Shown here one piece after another: positions 54,087-64,000 of a stretch of 64,000 nt of DNA. The stretch lies in NCBI GenBank assembly GCA_963675785.1, contig OY776562.1, positions 1,728,001-1,792,000 on the forward strand, in the 5' to 3' direction. The stretch comes from Anaerolineae bacterium (lineage in GTDB: Bacteria; Chloroflexota; Anaerolineae; UBA1429). The first letter of the stretch is position 1. Each line of letters opens with the position of its first letter. A program made the position numbers and the translations under genes. The notes beneath the pieces were generated by a model, which saw only the letters and a list, made by a program, of their open reading frames with translations, ran no database searches and had not been told where the DNA came from.

Positions 54087-55223
54087 TCACATATCGGAGT
54101 TTGAATCCAAATCCTTGGCACCCCAAGCAGCAAGACAATTGACAATTCGCTCTGCCGCTCGGCCATCACCATAGGGATTGACCGCCTGCGCCATAGCTTT
54201 GTAAGCATTAGCATCGTCTAGTAAGCGGGCCGCTTCTGCCAGGATCCGCTCTTTAGACGTGCCTACCAAGCGTACCACCCCAGCACGAACACCTTCGGGC
54301 CGTTCGGTCTTTTCACGTAGAACAAGTACGGGCACACCCAAACCAGGGGCCTCTTCCTGCATGCCGCCTGAATCCGTAATCACCAGATAAGAACGCCTCA
54401 TGAGCTGAATGTTAGCTTGATAATCGAGCGGCTCCAAGAGCGTAATACCTTTCTGCCCCGAAAGCATTGGGTAGACCGTATCACACACAGCCGGTGAAGG
54501 GTGTACCGGATAGACGATATGCACATCAGGATAGCGCCGCACCAGTTCGAGCACAGCCTGACACACAGCCTCACGCGGCGTGCCGTGATTCTCCCGACGG
54601 TGCGATGTCAAGGCAATAATGCGGTGTCCTTCAAAAGGGATGCCAGCAAGAGGCCCAGAGGACATATCATAGGGCATTAGCGCAACTCTTTGTAGTGCAT
54701 CAATGACAGTGTTACCCGTAACAATGATTTGCTCGAGTGAAATCTTTTCTGCGAGCAGGTTATCGGCAGCCAACTGCGTCGGCGCAAAGTGCAAGTCAGC
54801 TATCACGCCAGCAATGCGGCGATTGATCTCTTCGGGAAAAGGCTGACGCTTATCTCGGGTGCGCAAGCCAGCCTCTACATGCCCCACACGAATGCCCAAA
54901 TAAAAAGCCGCCAATGCAGTCGCCATTACGGTTGTTGTATCGCCCTGCACCAATACCCAGTCTGGCTGTTCTTGCTCTAGCACTGGTGTAATATCCGTCA
55001 ATACAGACGCCGTGATGCCTGCCAGTGTCTGCCGGGGGCGCATCAAATCGAGGTCATAGTCCGGCTTGATGCCAAACAAGTCGGTTACCTGATCCAACAT
55101 CTCACGATGTTGTGCGGTCACGCAAACACGCGAGACAATGCCAGGTTTTTCAGCCAGTGCCAACACCACAGGCGCCATTTTGATGGCTTCAGGGCGTGTT
55201 CCAAACACAGATAGCACCTTCAT
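54087..55223 (-). CDS. wecB: UDP-N-acetylglucosamine 2-epimerase (non-hydrolysing)
   Basis: MKVLSVFGTRPEAIKMAP, 'VQGDTTT', 'GHVEAGLR', 'PFPEE.NR', 'TDSGG.QEEAP', 'NPYGDG.A'. Confidence 0.95.
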   Translation of the reverse strand: MKVLSVFGTRPEAIKMAPVVLALAEKPGIVSRVCVTAQHREMLDQVTDLFGIKPDYDLDLMRPRQTLAGITASVLTDITPVLEQEQPDWVLVQGDTTTVMATALAAFYLGIRVGHVEAGLRTRDKRQPFPEEINRRIAGVIADLHFAPTQLAADNLLAEKISLEQIIVTGNTVIDALQRVALMPYDMSSGPLAGIPFEGHRIIALTSHRRENHGTPREAVCQAVLELVRRYPDVHIVYPVHPSPAVCDTVYPMLSGQKGITLLEPLDYQANIQLMRRSYLVITDSGGMQEEAPGLGVPVLVLREKTERPEGVRAGVVRLVGTSKERILAEAARLLDDANAYKAMAQAVNPYGDGRAAERIVNCLAAWGAKDLDSNSDM

Positions 55224-56494
55224 GATATCCGCCCTTTGCCATCTCCAAGCAACAGGACCTTGTACCCAGATGCTTCCCACAACGCAACATCCAAAACGTG
55301 GCAAGTGTCGAGTAACAGCGTTCCTGAACGAATTGGCCCAGGCTGGGCGGCGACGAACTCATCATGAGGGACCAATAGAACGACGGCATCGGCACTATCC
55401 AGCGCAGCATCGAGTGAATCGTCCAGTGCGACGGGCAAGCGATCCGCGCTTACATACGGATCATAGGCGCGCACAATAGCGCCCCGCGCTTGCAATTCGG
55501 AGACCACTTCAAGTGAGGGGGCCTCGCGAATATCATCCACATTGGCCTTGTAGGTCATTCCTAGGCAGGTAATCGTCTTGCCTTCAAGATCACCCAGTTG
55601 CCGTTCCAATAGCTCAACCACAAATCCCGGCTGGGAATCGTTCACCTCGCGGGCCTGACGAATGAGTCGCGCAGTTTCAGGCGCCGCCTCGACAAGAAAC
55701 CAAGGATCGACACTGATACAATGGCCGCCCACACCTGGCCCAGGGCGCAAAATCTGCACACGCGGGTGTAGATTAGCCACCTCGATTGCCTCCCACACAT
55801 TCACGCCAAACTGTTGGGCAAGGCGTGAAAACTCGTTGGCAATGGCGATGTTCACATCACGATAGGTGTTCTCCATAAGCTTGACCATCTCAGCGCAAGT
55901 GGCGTCCGTAGTGACAATCTCTCCCTTTACAAATGAGCGGTAAAACTCCTTGCCAGCTAGAGCCGAAGCCTCGTCGACTCCACCCACTACCCGAGCATTG
56001 TTGACCATCTCAGTTAGGATACGACCTGGTAAAACGCGCTCGGGCGCATAGGCTAACAGCAAATCTCGCCCCACCTTGAGGCCACTCTGCTCCAAAATGG
56101 GTTTCACGACATCGGTCGTCGTGCGTGGCGGAGATGTTGATTCGAGTACAACCAGATTACCCTCCGCTAAATAAGGGATGATCATCTCGGTTGCACTGCA
56201 CACATGCCGTAAATCGGCCTTGTTATCCTCCATGATAGGAGTAGGCACCGCCAGGACAAAAGCATCTGCCGCATGTGGTGTTGTATCGACTGAAAGTGAA
56301 CCATCGGCGATAACTTTTTTGACGACGTCGGATAGATCAGGTTCATGGATATACGGCTTGCCAGCACGCAACGTCTCAACGACGCCCTCCTCGACATCTA
56401 CCCCGTATACACGCAACCCATGTGAAGCAAACAGGGCCGCGGTCGGCAATCCAATATAACCCAGGCCCATTACACAGACTGCATCCATCAACAC
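55220..56494 (-). CDS. wecC: UDP-N-acetyl-D-mannosamine dehydrogenase-like nucleotide-sugar dehydrogenase
   Basis: 'GLGYIGLPTA', 'AVPTP', 'LESTSPP', 'PERVLPG', 'KLMENTYRDVNIA', 'PGPGVGGHCI.VDPWF'. The true start may be ATG 56488. Confidence 0.88.
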   Translation of the reverse strand: MLMDAVCVMGLGYIGLPTAALFASHGLRVYGVDVEEGVVETLRAGKPYIHEPDLSDVVKKVIADGSLSVDTTPHAADAFVLAVPTPIMEDNKADLRHVCSATEMIIPYLAEGNLVVLESTSPPRTTTDVVKPILEQSGLKVGRDLLLAYAPERVLPGRILTEMVNNARVVGGVDEASALAGKEFYRSFVKGEIVTTDATCAEMVKLMENTYRDVNIAIANEFSRLAQQFGVNVWEAIEVANLHPRVQILRPGPGVGGHCISVDPWFLVEAAPETARLIRQAREVNDSQPGFVVELLERQLGDLEGKTITCLGMTYKANVDDIREAPSLEVVSELQARGAIVRAYDPYVSADRLPVALDDSLDAALDSADAVVLLVPHDEFVAAQPGPIRSGTLLLDTCHVLDVALWEASGYKVLLLGDGKGRIS

Positions 56495-56533
56495 TGCCTT
56501 TCAGACAGAAAACAACACTGCATATTTGCATGG

Positions 56534-57904
56534 TTACTTCAAAGGGGTTCTCTCGACTATGCCTTCCAACAAAAGATGAAGACGCTGCATCAAGGCACCG
56601 AACTCGTACGCTGAAATGACCTGATCCTGAGGAGCATAGTGGAATCCACCCGAAATAGCCCGTTCCAGTGCCTTGCTCATGCCATCGAGATCGGCGTGGC
56701 CATATACCTCGCCAATACCCGAATCTTTTATATAACGTGCCGTAGGACCTTGCTCAGCGACACAGAAAACCGGTCGACCGATTACAGTATAGTCAAACGC
56801 CTTAGCGGCCAACCCATAGACCCAAGCGGTTTCCGCCGGAACACGTCCCACAACGAGCAAAAGCAAGTCAGCCGAAGCCTGCCAGATCAAACTCTCGGCA
56901 CGAGAGACAAAACCATGTAGTCTAACTACATCCTGCAAACTATACTCTGCCAACTGCTGTTCAATGGTCGAGCCATCATCAAACGGATAGCAAAGGCCAA
57001 CGATATCGAGGCACAGTTTGCCGCGCTGTGCCGGATATTGCTCCAGAAAAGCAGCCAGAGCCTGAAAAAAAGCTCGCGGTGTGCGGCGATCGCTTAGCTT
57101 GCCCGTATAAACAATGTGGAAAACGCCGTCGGCAGGTCGCCTATCAGCAGAGCCTTGCGCCGTCTCCAGTTCGCCGCGTACATAACCATTGGGGATAGTT
57201 ACAAAACGATTCGCGTGCAGCTTGCCATAGCGCTGCTGGAAATCTGCGGTCAATCCCTCAGTCATCGAAATGACATACTGTGACCGTTTGACTACCGAAC
57301 GCTCCATCGCACGTTCGTGAGCACTGCGGGGCCAATAATTGATACCTTTGAGACGATTGCGCACCGGCTCGACAGTCCAGGCATCGCGGAATTCTGTCAC
57401 CAGGGGAATGCCGGTCAGCCAGCTCAACGTCCTGCCGACCAGCAAGTTTGACTGTGCCGGCGATGTAGCCAGAATCACATCGGGTCTGCGCGTATGAATC
57501 TCACGCAGACCAGCCCAAAAAGCCAACGGCCGCCAGGTCATGGCCGGATCGGGAATATTGAGTGCAATCCACAACGTTCGCGCCCAGCCAGCAAGGCGTT
57601 TTTTCAAGCCGCCCTGCTTTAGAGGGGTTGATGGCTCAGTCTTTTTCTGGGCAGCTTGACCGCGTCTACGCCAATTGTCCAGATTCCAGGGACGCAGGAT
57701 ACGCACAGAGGATGGAATCGAGTCAAGAAGAACCGGATCCCAGGCGGCGTGCCGTCCCTCATCCCAGCGTGCAGACAGTACGGTGACCTCCCACCCAAAC
57801 TCTGCAAGTCGACTCACTACCTGTGTTACCCGCCTGCACCCACCACTACCTAATGGCGCAAAATCATAGCTGATGAGTAATAAACGACCGGGCATCAAGT
57901 ACAC
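56534..57904 (-). CDS. Glycosyltransferase family 4
   Basis: 'SYDFAPLGSGG..R', 'PD....W', 'EFRDAW', 'TIPNGY', 'IVYTG', 'ADLLLL', 'K.FDY...GRP'. Confidence 0.85.
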   Translation of the reverse strand: MYLMPGRLLLISYDFAPLGSGGCRRVTQVVSRLAEFGWEVTVLSARWDEGRHAAWDPVLLDSIPSSVRILRPWNLDNWRRRGQAAQKKTEPSTPLKQGGLKKRLAGWARTLWIALNIPDPAMTWRPLAFWAGLREIHTRRPDVILATSPAQSNLLVGRTLSWLTGIPLVTEFRDAWTVEPVRNRLKGINYWPRSAHERAMERSVVKRSQYVISMTEGLTADFQQRYGKLHANRFVTIPNGYVRGELETAQGSADRRPADGVFHIVYTGKLSDRRTPRAFFQALAAFLEQYPAQRGKLCLDIVGLCYPFDDGSTIEQQLAEYSLQDVVRLHGFVSRAESLIWQASADLLLLVVGRVPAETAWVYGLAAKAFDYTVIGRPVFCVAEQGPTARYIKDSGIGEVYGHADLDGMSKALERAISGGFHYAPQDQVISAYEFGALMQRLHLLLEGIVERTPLK

Positions 57905-58071
57905 TCATTCTCAAGGTACAAAGTTCCCTCCCATTTACAAAGTGGTACTGGTCGCCCTAGAACCAATGCTTCTGTCAATACTGCTCCAAAGAGCAGTATG
58001 ACTCATTGCAGATAAATCGGGTGTAACGACAAAAATGTGCACAGTTCCATCTAAAACGACCAAACCTAGTG

Positions 58072-58284
58072 CTACAAGACCAACGCCAATCCAGCCCCGA
58101 TGGGCAAAATCACATAGCTAACGATATGCCAAATTGTACCAAGGGTCTTGCCCATCCGCTCGATATAGCGATAGCGCCGTGAGAACGCTCGACTCATATC
58201 ACGTCCAGTTGTCCATTCTATCAGATATAGTATGCCGGCCATAACCCCAAAAGTAATAAATATCCAGCCAAAGATAGATTCCAC
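58072..58284 (-). CDS. Small hypothetical membrane protein (2 TM)
   Basis: GTG after GGGAGG; two hydrophobic segments around a basic loop. Confidence 0.55.
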   Translation of the reverse strand: MESIFGWIFITFGVMAGILYLIEWTTGRDMSRAFSRRYRYIERMGKTLGTIWHIVSYVILPIGAGLALVL

Positions 58285-58647
58285 AGCTTTCCTCCCATGT
58301 TAACCCTACAAAATTCAGTTGCATAAAAAAAGGAAATAATATAAAGAAAATTTATTTAATAAAATAGAAAAATGGAATTGTATAGCAAGCATGTAGCCCG
58401 AACAGTCTACAATGGTGGGTAAGAGAGGTCAAACGTTTTTTAGGGAATAAAATTGAGCGAGTAACAAGGCAAAGGACATGCACATACTCCTCAAAATACT
58501 CTCTCGCCGAGACACGCCCCTACACTCGGATCTGTGACCACTTGCACAAACACTGCAGCAATGATTTTTCAACACCCTGTGTTCATCGTGCTCACGGATA
58601 GGATAACTAGTAAGGGAATCTGGGATTGCACAACAAGAAATCGATCT

Positions 58648-58686
58648 TTGACAGCAGACTGAATACAATATATATAAGTATGCTTA
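58648..58686 (+). promoter_or_regulatory. Promoter with a probable MarR operator
   Basis: TTGACA-17 nt-TATATA; imperfect palindrome TAAG-TATG-CTTA (58675-58686) overlapping the -10/+1 region. Confidence 0.6.
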
Positions 58687-58699
58687 ACTAATTAGGAGC

Positions 58700-59179
58700 A
58701 TGCCATCGATGGATTCATCACAAGCATTTCTGAGTGCTTTGCACAAGTGGATGAAGGTCTACACCCACCGCTCGATAAGCTATTTTAGCGTTTTCGCAAA
58801 AGAACACGGTCTCTCTCTTTCACAACTTGGTGCGCTTTTTCAAATTCAACACAAAGGTTGTTTTTCCGTCTCGAATCTGGGCGAGGTACTGGATATCACT
58901 CCTGCTGCTGCTAGCCAGATGCTCGACCGGTTGGCCCACCAAGGATTAATCGTTCGCTCTGAAGACCCACACGATCGACGGGTCAAACAGGCTTCACTCA
59001 CTGCGCTGGGAGAAAGTACACTCGCCGAGAGTTTCCTCATCCACAAAAACTGGCTCAATGCTCTGGCAACCTCGCTGAGCAGTGAGGAACAACTTCAAAT
59101 CATTACAGCCTTTGATCTGCTAAGTGAGAAGACGGAACATCTTGCCGATCCGCAACACGATGTGGAATCTCTATCCTGA
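58700..59179 (+). CDS. MarR family transcriptional regulator
   Basis: 'GLSLSQ', HTH 'SVSNLGEVLDITPAAASQMLDRL', wing 'D..DRR....LT..G'. Confidence 0.92.
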   Translation: MPSMDSSQAFLSALHKWMKVYTHRSISYFSVFAKEHGLSLSQLGALFQIQHKGCFSVSNLGEVLDITPAAASQMLDRLAHQGLIVRSEDPHDRRVKQASLTALGESTLAESFLIHKNWLNALATSLSSEEQLQIITAFDLLSEKTEHLADPQHDVESLS

Positions 59180-59290
59180 TTGTAAGCAATTGTTTGTATA
59201 TCTCTTGATCATCACCTGGCCTATACGCACTTGGCCTATCAAAAATCCTTAGCATCATCCCTTTGACCGCCTGTTTGGAGGAATATCTCT

Positions 59291-61528
59291 ATGACGCGTC
59301 TAGTCAAGTACCTAAAACCTTTCTTGGGTTTTGTGCTTATTTCTTTTCTTTTGTTGCTTGTGCAAGCCAACAGCGATCTGGCCCTGCCAGACTATATGTC
59401 TCGAATCGTCAACGTAGGCATTCAGCAGGGAGGAATCGAAAACGCGGTTCCTGTGGCCATTCGCCAGAGTGAAATGGACAAACTATTACTCTTTATGAGT
59501 ACAGACGAACGCACAGGTGTGTTGAGTGATTATACGCTGGTGAACGAGGATTCAGTTGATTATGATGCTTATGTCCAGGACTACCCTGCCCTGGCTGACC
59601 AGGCCATCTATGTCCTCACCAACTTGGACAGTGTCGAGATCGATAGGATTAATCCCATCATGGGGCGAGCGCTTCTCGTCGTATCGACCATCGAAGAAGC
59701 GGTCGCGGATCCAGCTCAAGCCGCGGCGCTCGCTGAGACCTTTCACATAGACATCTCAATGCTCCCAGCCGGCAGCGATCCTTTTGCGCTTTTGGCCCAG
59801 CTTTCGCCCGATCAGCTTTCCCAGCTCATAACAGCGACGGATGAACAATTTACCGCCCTAGGAGAAAGCACGATCATTCAGCAGGCAGCTATCGTCATCA
59901 AAGCCGAGTATACAGCCCTGGGGATGGATACGACTGCTCTGCAGAATCGCTACATCCTAAGTACCGGTGGAATCATGCTCCTGCTCTCGTTGCTTTCAGC
60001 CATCTGTGCCATATCTGTGGGCTATCTGGCTGCTAGAACAGCCGCCGGCGTCGGACGTGACCTGCGCAAAAACATTTTCCGCAAGGTGCAAAACTTTTCT
60101 AGCACAGAGTTTGGTACTTTTTCTACAGCCTCACTGATCACTCGTTCCACAAACGATGTCACCCAGATCCAGATGCTGGTCGTGATGATGATCCGTATGG
60201 TCTTTTACGCGCCCATCATTGGTGTGGGTGGAGTCATCCGCGCACTGAGCAAGGACGCCTCTATGTGGTGGATTCTCGTTCTCGTCGTCGGAGTACTCCT
60301 TGTGCTGATCGGTGTGATCTATCTGGTAGCAGTACCTCGTTTCAAGACCATCCAGAAACTCGTCGACCGTCTCAACCTGGTGACCCGTGAGAACCTCAGC
60401 GGCATGATGGTCATCCGCGCCTTTGATCGGCAGGAACACGAGCAAAACCGCTTTGATATAGCCAACCGTGACCTCACCGAGACAACCCTGTTCATCAACC
60501 GCGTGATGATGGTGCTGATGCCGGTCATGATGCTGTTGATGAACGGCATGAGTGTCCTCATCATCTGGACCGGCGCACATCAAATCGCTCAAGCAAGTAT
60601 GCAGGTTGGCGATATGATCGCCTTTATGCAGTATGCCATGCAGATCGTCTTTGCCTTCCTCATGCTCTCCATGATGTTCATCATTCTACCGAGAGCCGAA
60701 GTCTCCGCCGACCGCATTGCCGACGTGCTGGAAACCAAGCCTGTGATCGTCGACCCTGCCGAACCCAAGCATTTTCAGGAGCCCTTTGATGGCACCGTCG
60801 AGTTCCGCCAAGTGTGCTTCCGCTATCCGGGAGCAGAAGAAGATGTTCTCCACGAGATCACCTTCACGACACGTCCAGGGCAAACGACGGCCATTGTCGG
60901 CACCACTGGTTCAGGCAAATCCACTGTGGTCAGCATGATCCCGCGCTTCTTTGATACAACAGTCGGCGCCATTTTGGTCGATGGCGTCAATATCCGCGAG
61001 ATCCCTCAACACGATCTTCGCGAACGCATCGGCTATGTCTCCCAAAAGAACGTCCTCTTCTCAGGGACCGTTGCTAGCAATCTACGCTACGCCAATGAGA
61101 ACGCGACGAATGAAGAGCTAATTCGCGCCTCGAAAATCGCCCAGGCCGATTTCGTGCTCGATATGCCGGATGGACTCGATACCGAGATCTCTGAATCTGG
61201 CACTAACCTATCCGGCGGACAAAAACAGCGTCTAGCCATTGCCCGTGCCTTGGTCAAAAAAGCGCCCATCTATGTCTTTGACGATTGCTTTTCCGCTTTG
61301 GACTTTAAAACGGAGTCTGCCCTTCGTCGCGCTCTGCGCGAGAACTTGACCGACAGCAATATCATCATGGTCACTCAACGCGTTGCAAGCGTCAAAGATG
61401 CAGATCAGATCATTGTGCTGGATGAAGGCAGAGTGGTAGGCCTGGGGACACATGCAGAATTGATGGACACCTCCAAGACCTACCAAGAAATCGCAACATC
61501 GCAGCTTAGTTTGAAGGAACTACTATGA
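59291..61528 (+). CDS. Heterodimeric ABC exporter subunit 1 (TMD+NBD), with a long extracellular loop
   Basis: Walker A GTTGSGKS, signature LSGGQKQR, degenerate Walker B 'YVFDD', Q at the H-switch. Confidence 0.92.
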   Translation: MTRLVKYLKPFLGFVLISFLLLLVQANSDLALPDYMSRIVNVGIQQGGIENAVPVAIRQSEMDKLLLFMSTDERTGVLSDYTLVNEDSVDYDAYVQDYPALADQAIYVLTNLDSVEIDRINPIMGRALLVVSTIEEAVADPAQAAALAETFHIDISMLPAGSDPFALLAQLSPDQLSQLITATDEQFTALGESTIIQQAAIVIKAEYTALGMDTTALQNRYILSTGGIMLLLSLLSAICAISVGYLAARTAAGVGRDLRKNIFRKVQNFSSTEFGTFSTASLITRSTNDVTQIQMLVVMMIRMVFYAPIIGVGGVIRALSKDASMWWILVLVVGVLLVLIGVIYLVAVPRFKTIQKLVDRLNLVTRENLSGMMVIRAFDRQEHEQNRFDIANRDLTETTLFINRVMMVLMPVMMLLMNGMSVLIIWTGAHQIAQASMQVGDMIAFMQYAMQIVFAFLMLSMMFIILPRAEVSADRIADVLETKPVIVDPAEPKHFQEPFDGTVEFRQVCFRYPGAEEDVLHEITFTTRPGQTTAIVGTTGSGKSTVVSMIPRFFDTTVGAILVDGVNIREIPQHDLRERIGYVSQKNVLFSGTVASNLRYANENATNEELIRASKIAQADFVLDMPDGLDTEISESGTNLSGGQKQRLAIARALVKKAPIYVFDDCFSALDFKTESALRRALRENLTDSNIIMVTQRVASVKDADQIIVLDEGRVVGLGTHAELMDTSKTYQEIATSQLSLKELL

Positions 61529-63396
61529 GCGCAGAAAATAACCGTACCCCTAGTGGCCCAGGGCCGCAGCGCAGATTCGGCGGCATAGGTGGTGGCCACA
61601 TGATGATGCCGGGCGAAAAGGCCCGTGACTTTCGCGGCACCATGATCAAACTGATTCGTTACTTGGGGGGACACCGCATCCCCATCATTATCGCGTTAGT
61701 CTTTGCCGCCGTTTCTACGGCCTTCTCTATCGTCGGCCCCAAGATCCTGGGCAGTGCGACAACAGAACTATTCCAGGGTGTAATGGCCCAACTTGCCGGA
61801 ACCGGCACAATTAACTATGACGCCATTGGTCGAATCCTGCTCACTACCCTTGGCCTCTATTTGGTATCGAGTGGATTTGGCTATGCCCAAGGCTGGATCA
61901 TGTCCAGCATCTCTGCCAAAATCACCTATCGACTGCGCAAAGACATCTTTGCTAAAATCGACCGTATGCCCTTCAAGTATTTTGATGGCACCAACCATGG
62001 CGAAATACTCTCTCATATCACCAACGATGTCGATACCGTCAGTCAAACCCTGAACCAGAGCCTTTCGCAGATCATCACTTCATTAGCCACCCTAATTGGC
62101 GTGCTAATCATGATGTTCACCATCAACTGGCTGATGAGTATTGTGGTGCTGTTCATTGTGCCGCTCTCTCTGTTGCTCATCACCCAAATCATCAAACGCT
62201 CGCAAAAGTACTTTGCTCAACAGCAAGACTACCTTGGCCATGTCAATGGCTATGTCGAAGAAATGTACGGCGCCCATGATGTAGTCAAGGCTTTCAATGG
62301 CGAAGAGCGCAACGTCGCCGAGTTCACTGAATACAACAATGTACTCCACGATTCAGCCTGGAAGTCTCAGTTCCTTTCCGGCATGATGATGCCGGTGATG
62401 AGCTTTGTCGGCAACCTTGGTTATGTGATTGTGACCATCTTGGGTGGTTATCTGGCAGCGCGCGGCACCATCAATGTGGGCGATATCCAGGCGTTTATCC
62501 AGTACGTGCGTTCCTTCAACCAACCCATTGCTCAGTTAGGCAGCATCTCTAACGTCCTTCAGCAAACTGCCGCTGCAGCCGAACGTGTCTTCACCTTCCT
62601 CGAGCAAGAGGAAGAAGTGCCCGACACCACTACCCCCGTCAAGCTCGACGAGATAGAAGGCTGGGTTCAGTTTGATCACGTTCAGTTCGGATACAATCCC
62701 GATAACGTCGTCATCAAAGACTTTTCCACAGTCGCCAAGCCGGGCCAAAAAATCGCCATCGTCGGTCCCACTGGTGCTGGCAAAACCACCCTCGTCAAGC
62801 TGCTCATGCGCTTTTACGATCCGCTCGACGGCGCCATCTTGCTGGAGCATCACGACATTCGCGATATGACCCGCGGCGATCTTCGCCAGATGTTCGGCAT
62901 GGTATTGCAGGATACTTGGCTGTTCAACGGCACCATCATGGACAACATCCGCTACGGGCGCCCAGAGGCCTCGGAGGAAGAGGTCATTCGCGCTGGCCAG
63001 GCGGCACACATCGATCACTTTGTGCGCACCCTGCCAGATGGCTACAACACCATGCTCAATGAGGAAACCACCAACATCTCTGAAGGGGAAAAGCAGCTCA
63101 TTACCATCGCCCGTGCCATCTTGATCGATCCCAAATTGCTGATCCTGGACGAGGCCACCAGCTCGGTGGATACTCGTACAGAGATTCTCATTCAGCAAGC
63201 GATGGACAATCTGATGCACGGACGTACCAGTTTTATCATTGCTCACCGGCTTTCCACCATCCGCAATGCCGATCTCATTTTAGTAATCCGCGATGGGGAT
63301 ATCGTTGAACAGGGCACGCACGACGAGCTTTTGGCGCAAGGTACTTTTTACGCCGAACTCTATAACAGCCAGTTCGAGGCTGCGGCAGCAAGCTAA
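61525..63396 (+). CDS. Heterodimeric ABC exporter subunit 2 (TMD+NBD)
   Basis: ATGA overlap; GPTGAGKT, degenerate signature ISEGEKQ, 'LILDEATSSVD', 'IAHRLSTI'. Confidence 0.92.
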   Translation: MSAENNRTPSGPGPQRRFGGIGGGHMMMPGEKARDFRGTMIKLIRYLGGHRIPIIIALVFAAVSTAFSIVGPKILGSATTELFQGVMAQLAGTGTINYDAIGRILLTTLGLYLVSSGFGYAQGWIMSSISAKITYRLRKDIFAKIDRMPFKYFDGTNHGEILSHITNDVDTVSQTLNQSLSQIITSLATLIGVLIMMFTINWLMSIVVLFIVPLSLLLITQIIKRSQKYFAQQQDYLGHVNGYVEEMYGAHDVVKAFNGEERNVAEFTEYNNVLHDSAWKSQFLSGMMMPVMSFVGNLGYVIVTILGGYLAARGTINVGDIQAFIQYVRSFNQPIAQLGSISNVLQQTAAAAERVFTFLEQEEEVPDTTTPVKLDEIEGWVQFDHVQFGYNPDNVVIKDFSTVAKPGQKIAIVGPTGAGKTTLVKLLMRFYDPLDGAILLEHHDIRDMTRGDLRQMFGMVLQDTWLFNGTIMDNIRYGRPEASEEEVIRAGQAAHIDHFVRTLPDGYNTMLNEETTNISEGEKQLITIARAILIDPKLLILDEATSSVDTRTEILIQQAMDNLMHGRTSFIIAHRLSTIRNADLILVIRDGDIVEQGTHDELLAQGTFYAELYNSQFEAAAAS

Positions 63397-63424
63397 GACC
63401 AAAGCCAGTCTGTTCTTAAAAGGA

Positions 63425-63457
63425 AAGGGCCGCTACCCAGATTGGGTAGCGACCCTT
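63425..63457 (+). terminator. Intrinsic terminator
   Basis: AAGGG-c-CGCTACCCA-gat-TGGGTAGCG-a-CCCTT followed by a T-rich tail. Confidence 0.7.
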
Positions 63458-63588
63458 GTGTTTATTACGAGTTTATAGACGCTGCTAGGCGTGTGCCAAA
63501 CAAAGACTATAGGGCAAGTTCAGCAGCCCTTTTCCTTCTTAAGGCTCCAATAGCAGGAAAATAAAAACACACTACAAATATGACAAAA

Positions 63589-63999
63589 TCAACCGTCATT
63601 GACCCGAGAAGAAGGCGAATCGAGCGTAAAACAAGGAATACTCTTGTGCGTTGCCGCACGCTCTACCAATGGGCCGCGAGCGGCCATATCGAAAGCTAAG
63701 TTGCTGCCACGAATAACCAACAGACGCTCGATACCCTGTAAGCCAAAGGCCCGAAAAGCCGAGTCAGCGAGTTCGACGCAGCCCCCCTGTAACCAGGTTT
63801 GCAGGCAAAAATGCTGTTTGTAGCGAGCTATGCGTCCACTATGGGCAACGGCTGCATTGGCAATACCATAGAGATAAGAGCCGCGCAGCAATTCGGGGGT
63901 CGAGACCGAAAAGCCCCCCGATGTTCGACTCGTCGAAAGAAGAATGATCAGCGCCCCATCGACAAGCCCATACTCATCGCAAGCCTCAGGTGGGAGAGG
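63589..63999 (-). CDS. Hypothetical protein, 5'-truncated by the window edge (possibly AbrB-like fold)
   Basis: Frame open to the window end: PLPPEACDEYGL...STSRTSGGFSV...LLVIRGSNLAF...RGPLVERA. Confidence 0.55.
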   Translation of the reverse strand, partial: PLPPEACDEYGLVDGALIILLSTSRTSGGFSVSTPELLRGSYLYGIANAAVAHSGRIARYKQHFCLQTWLQGGCVELADSAFRAFGLQGIERLLVIRGSNLAFDMAARGPLVERAATHKSIPCFTLDSPSSRVNDG

Positions 64000-64000
64000 C

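Noticed and set aside
58290-58400. Very AT-rich tract as a replication origin or mobile-element end
   Set aside because: No DnaA-box cluster, terminal inverted repeats or target duplications seen; most simply a divergent promoter region.

Overview
A 64-kb bacterial chromosomal window of moderately high GC. It most resembles Chloroflexota (Anaerolineae-like): Tat-lipoprotein family-5 solute-binding proteins with 'RREFLR' leaders and Pro/Thr/Ala linkers, a C-terminal 'VYLPRISK' motif, and a GAAC-N4-GTAC LexA-type box. That taxonomic call is inference. About 1.4-41 kb is a large carbohydrate (uronic acid/pectin-like) utilisation region built largely from tandem paralogs: 2 heparinase II/III-type lyases, GH127, 2 near-identical orphan ABC solute-binding proteins, a third SBP with two permeases under LacI-type operators, a PL11-like propeller, 2 MFS paralogs, CE7, an IolB/KduI-family isomerase plus kduD, 4 tandem PL22 (Ogl-like) lyases, a sugar isomerase and 2 uncharacterised ~850-aa paralogs. 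The right part holds MFS, patB/malY, class III ribonucleotide reductase (nrdD-nrdG), GH29, a Tat-less reductive-dehalogenase-like protein, a ZIP transporter, a small ManNAcA polysaccharide cluster and a MarR-controlled heterodimeric ABC exporter. No CRISPR array, rRNA, tRNA, transposase, integrase or reverse transcriptase was recognised. Best leads: (i) an unexplained structured element at ~15.3-15.5 kb with a sequestered perfect SD, a 17-codon ORF and a long hairpin; (ii) a ~155-nt multibranched structure behind its own promoter in the LexA/NrdR-controlled nrdD leader; (iii) the mosaic, apparently gene-converted PL22 array with variable active-site loops; (iv) the ~850-aa paralog pair as a candidate new CAZyme family. 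All family calls come from motif recognition by eye, not database searches.
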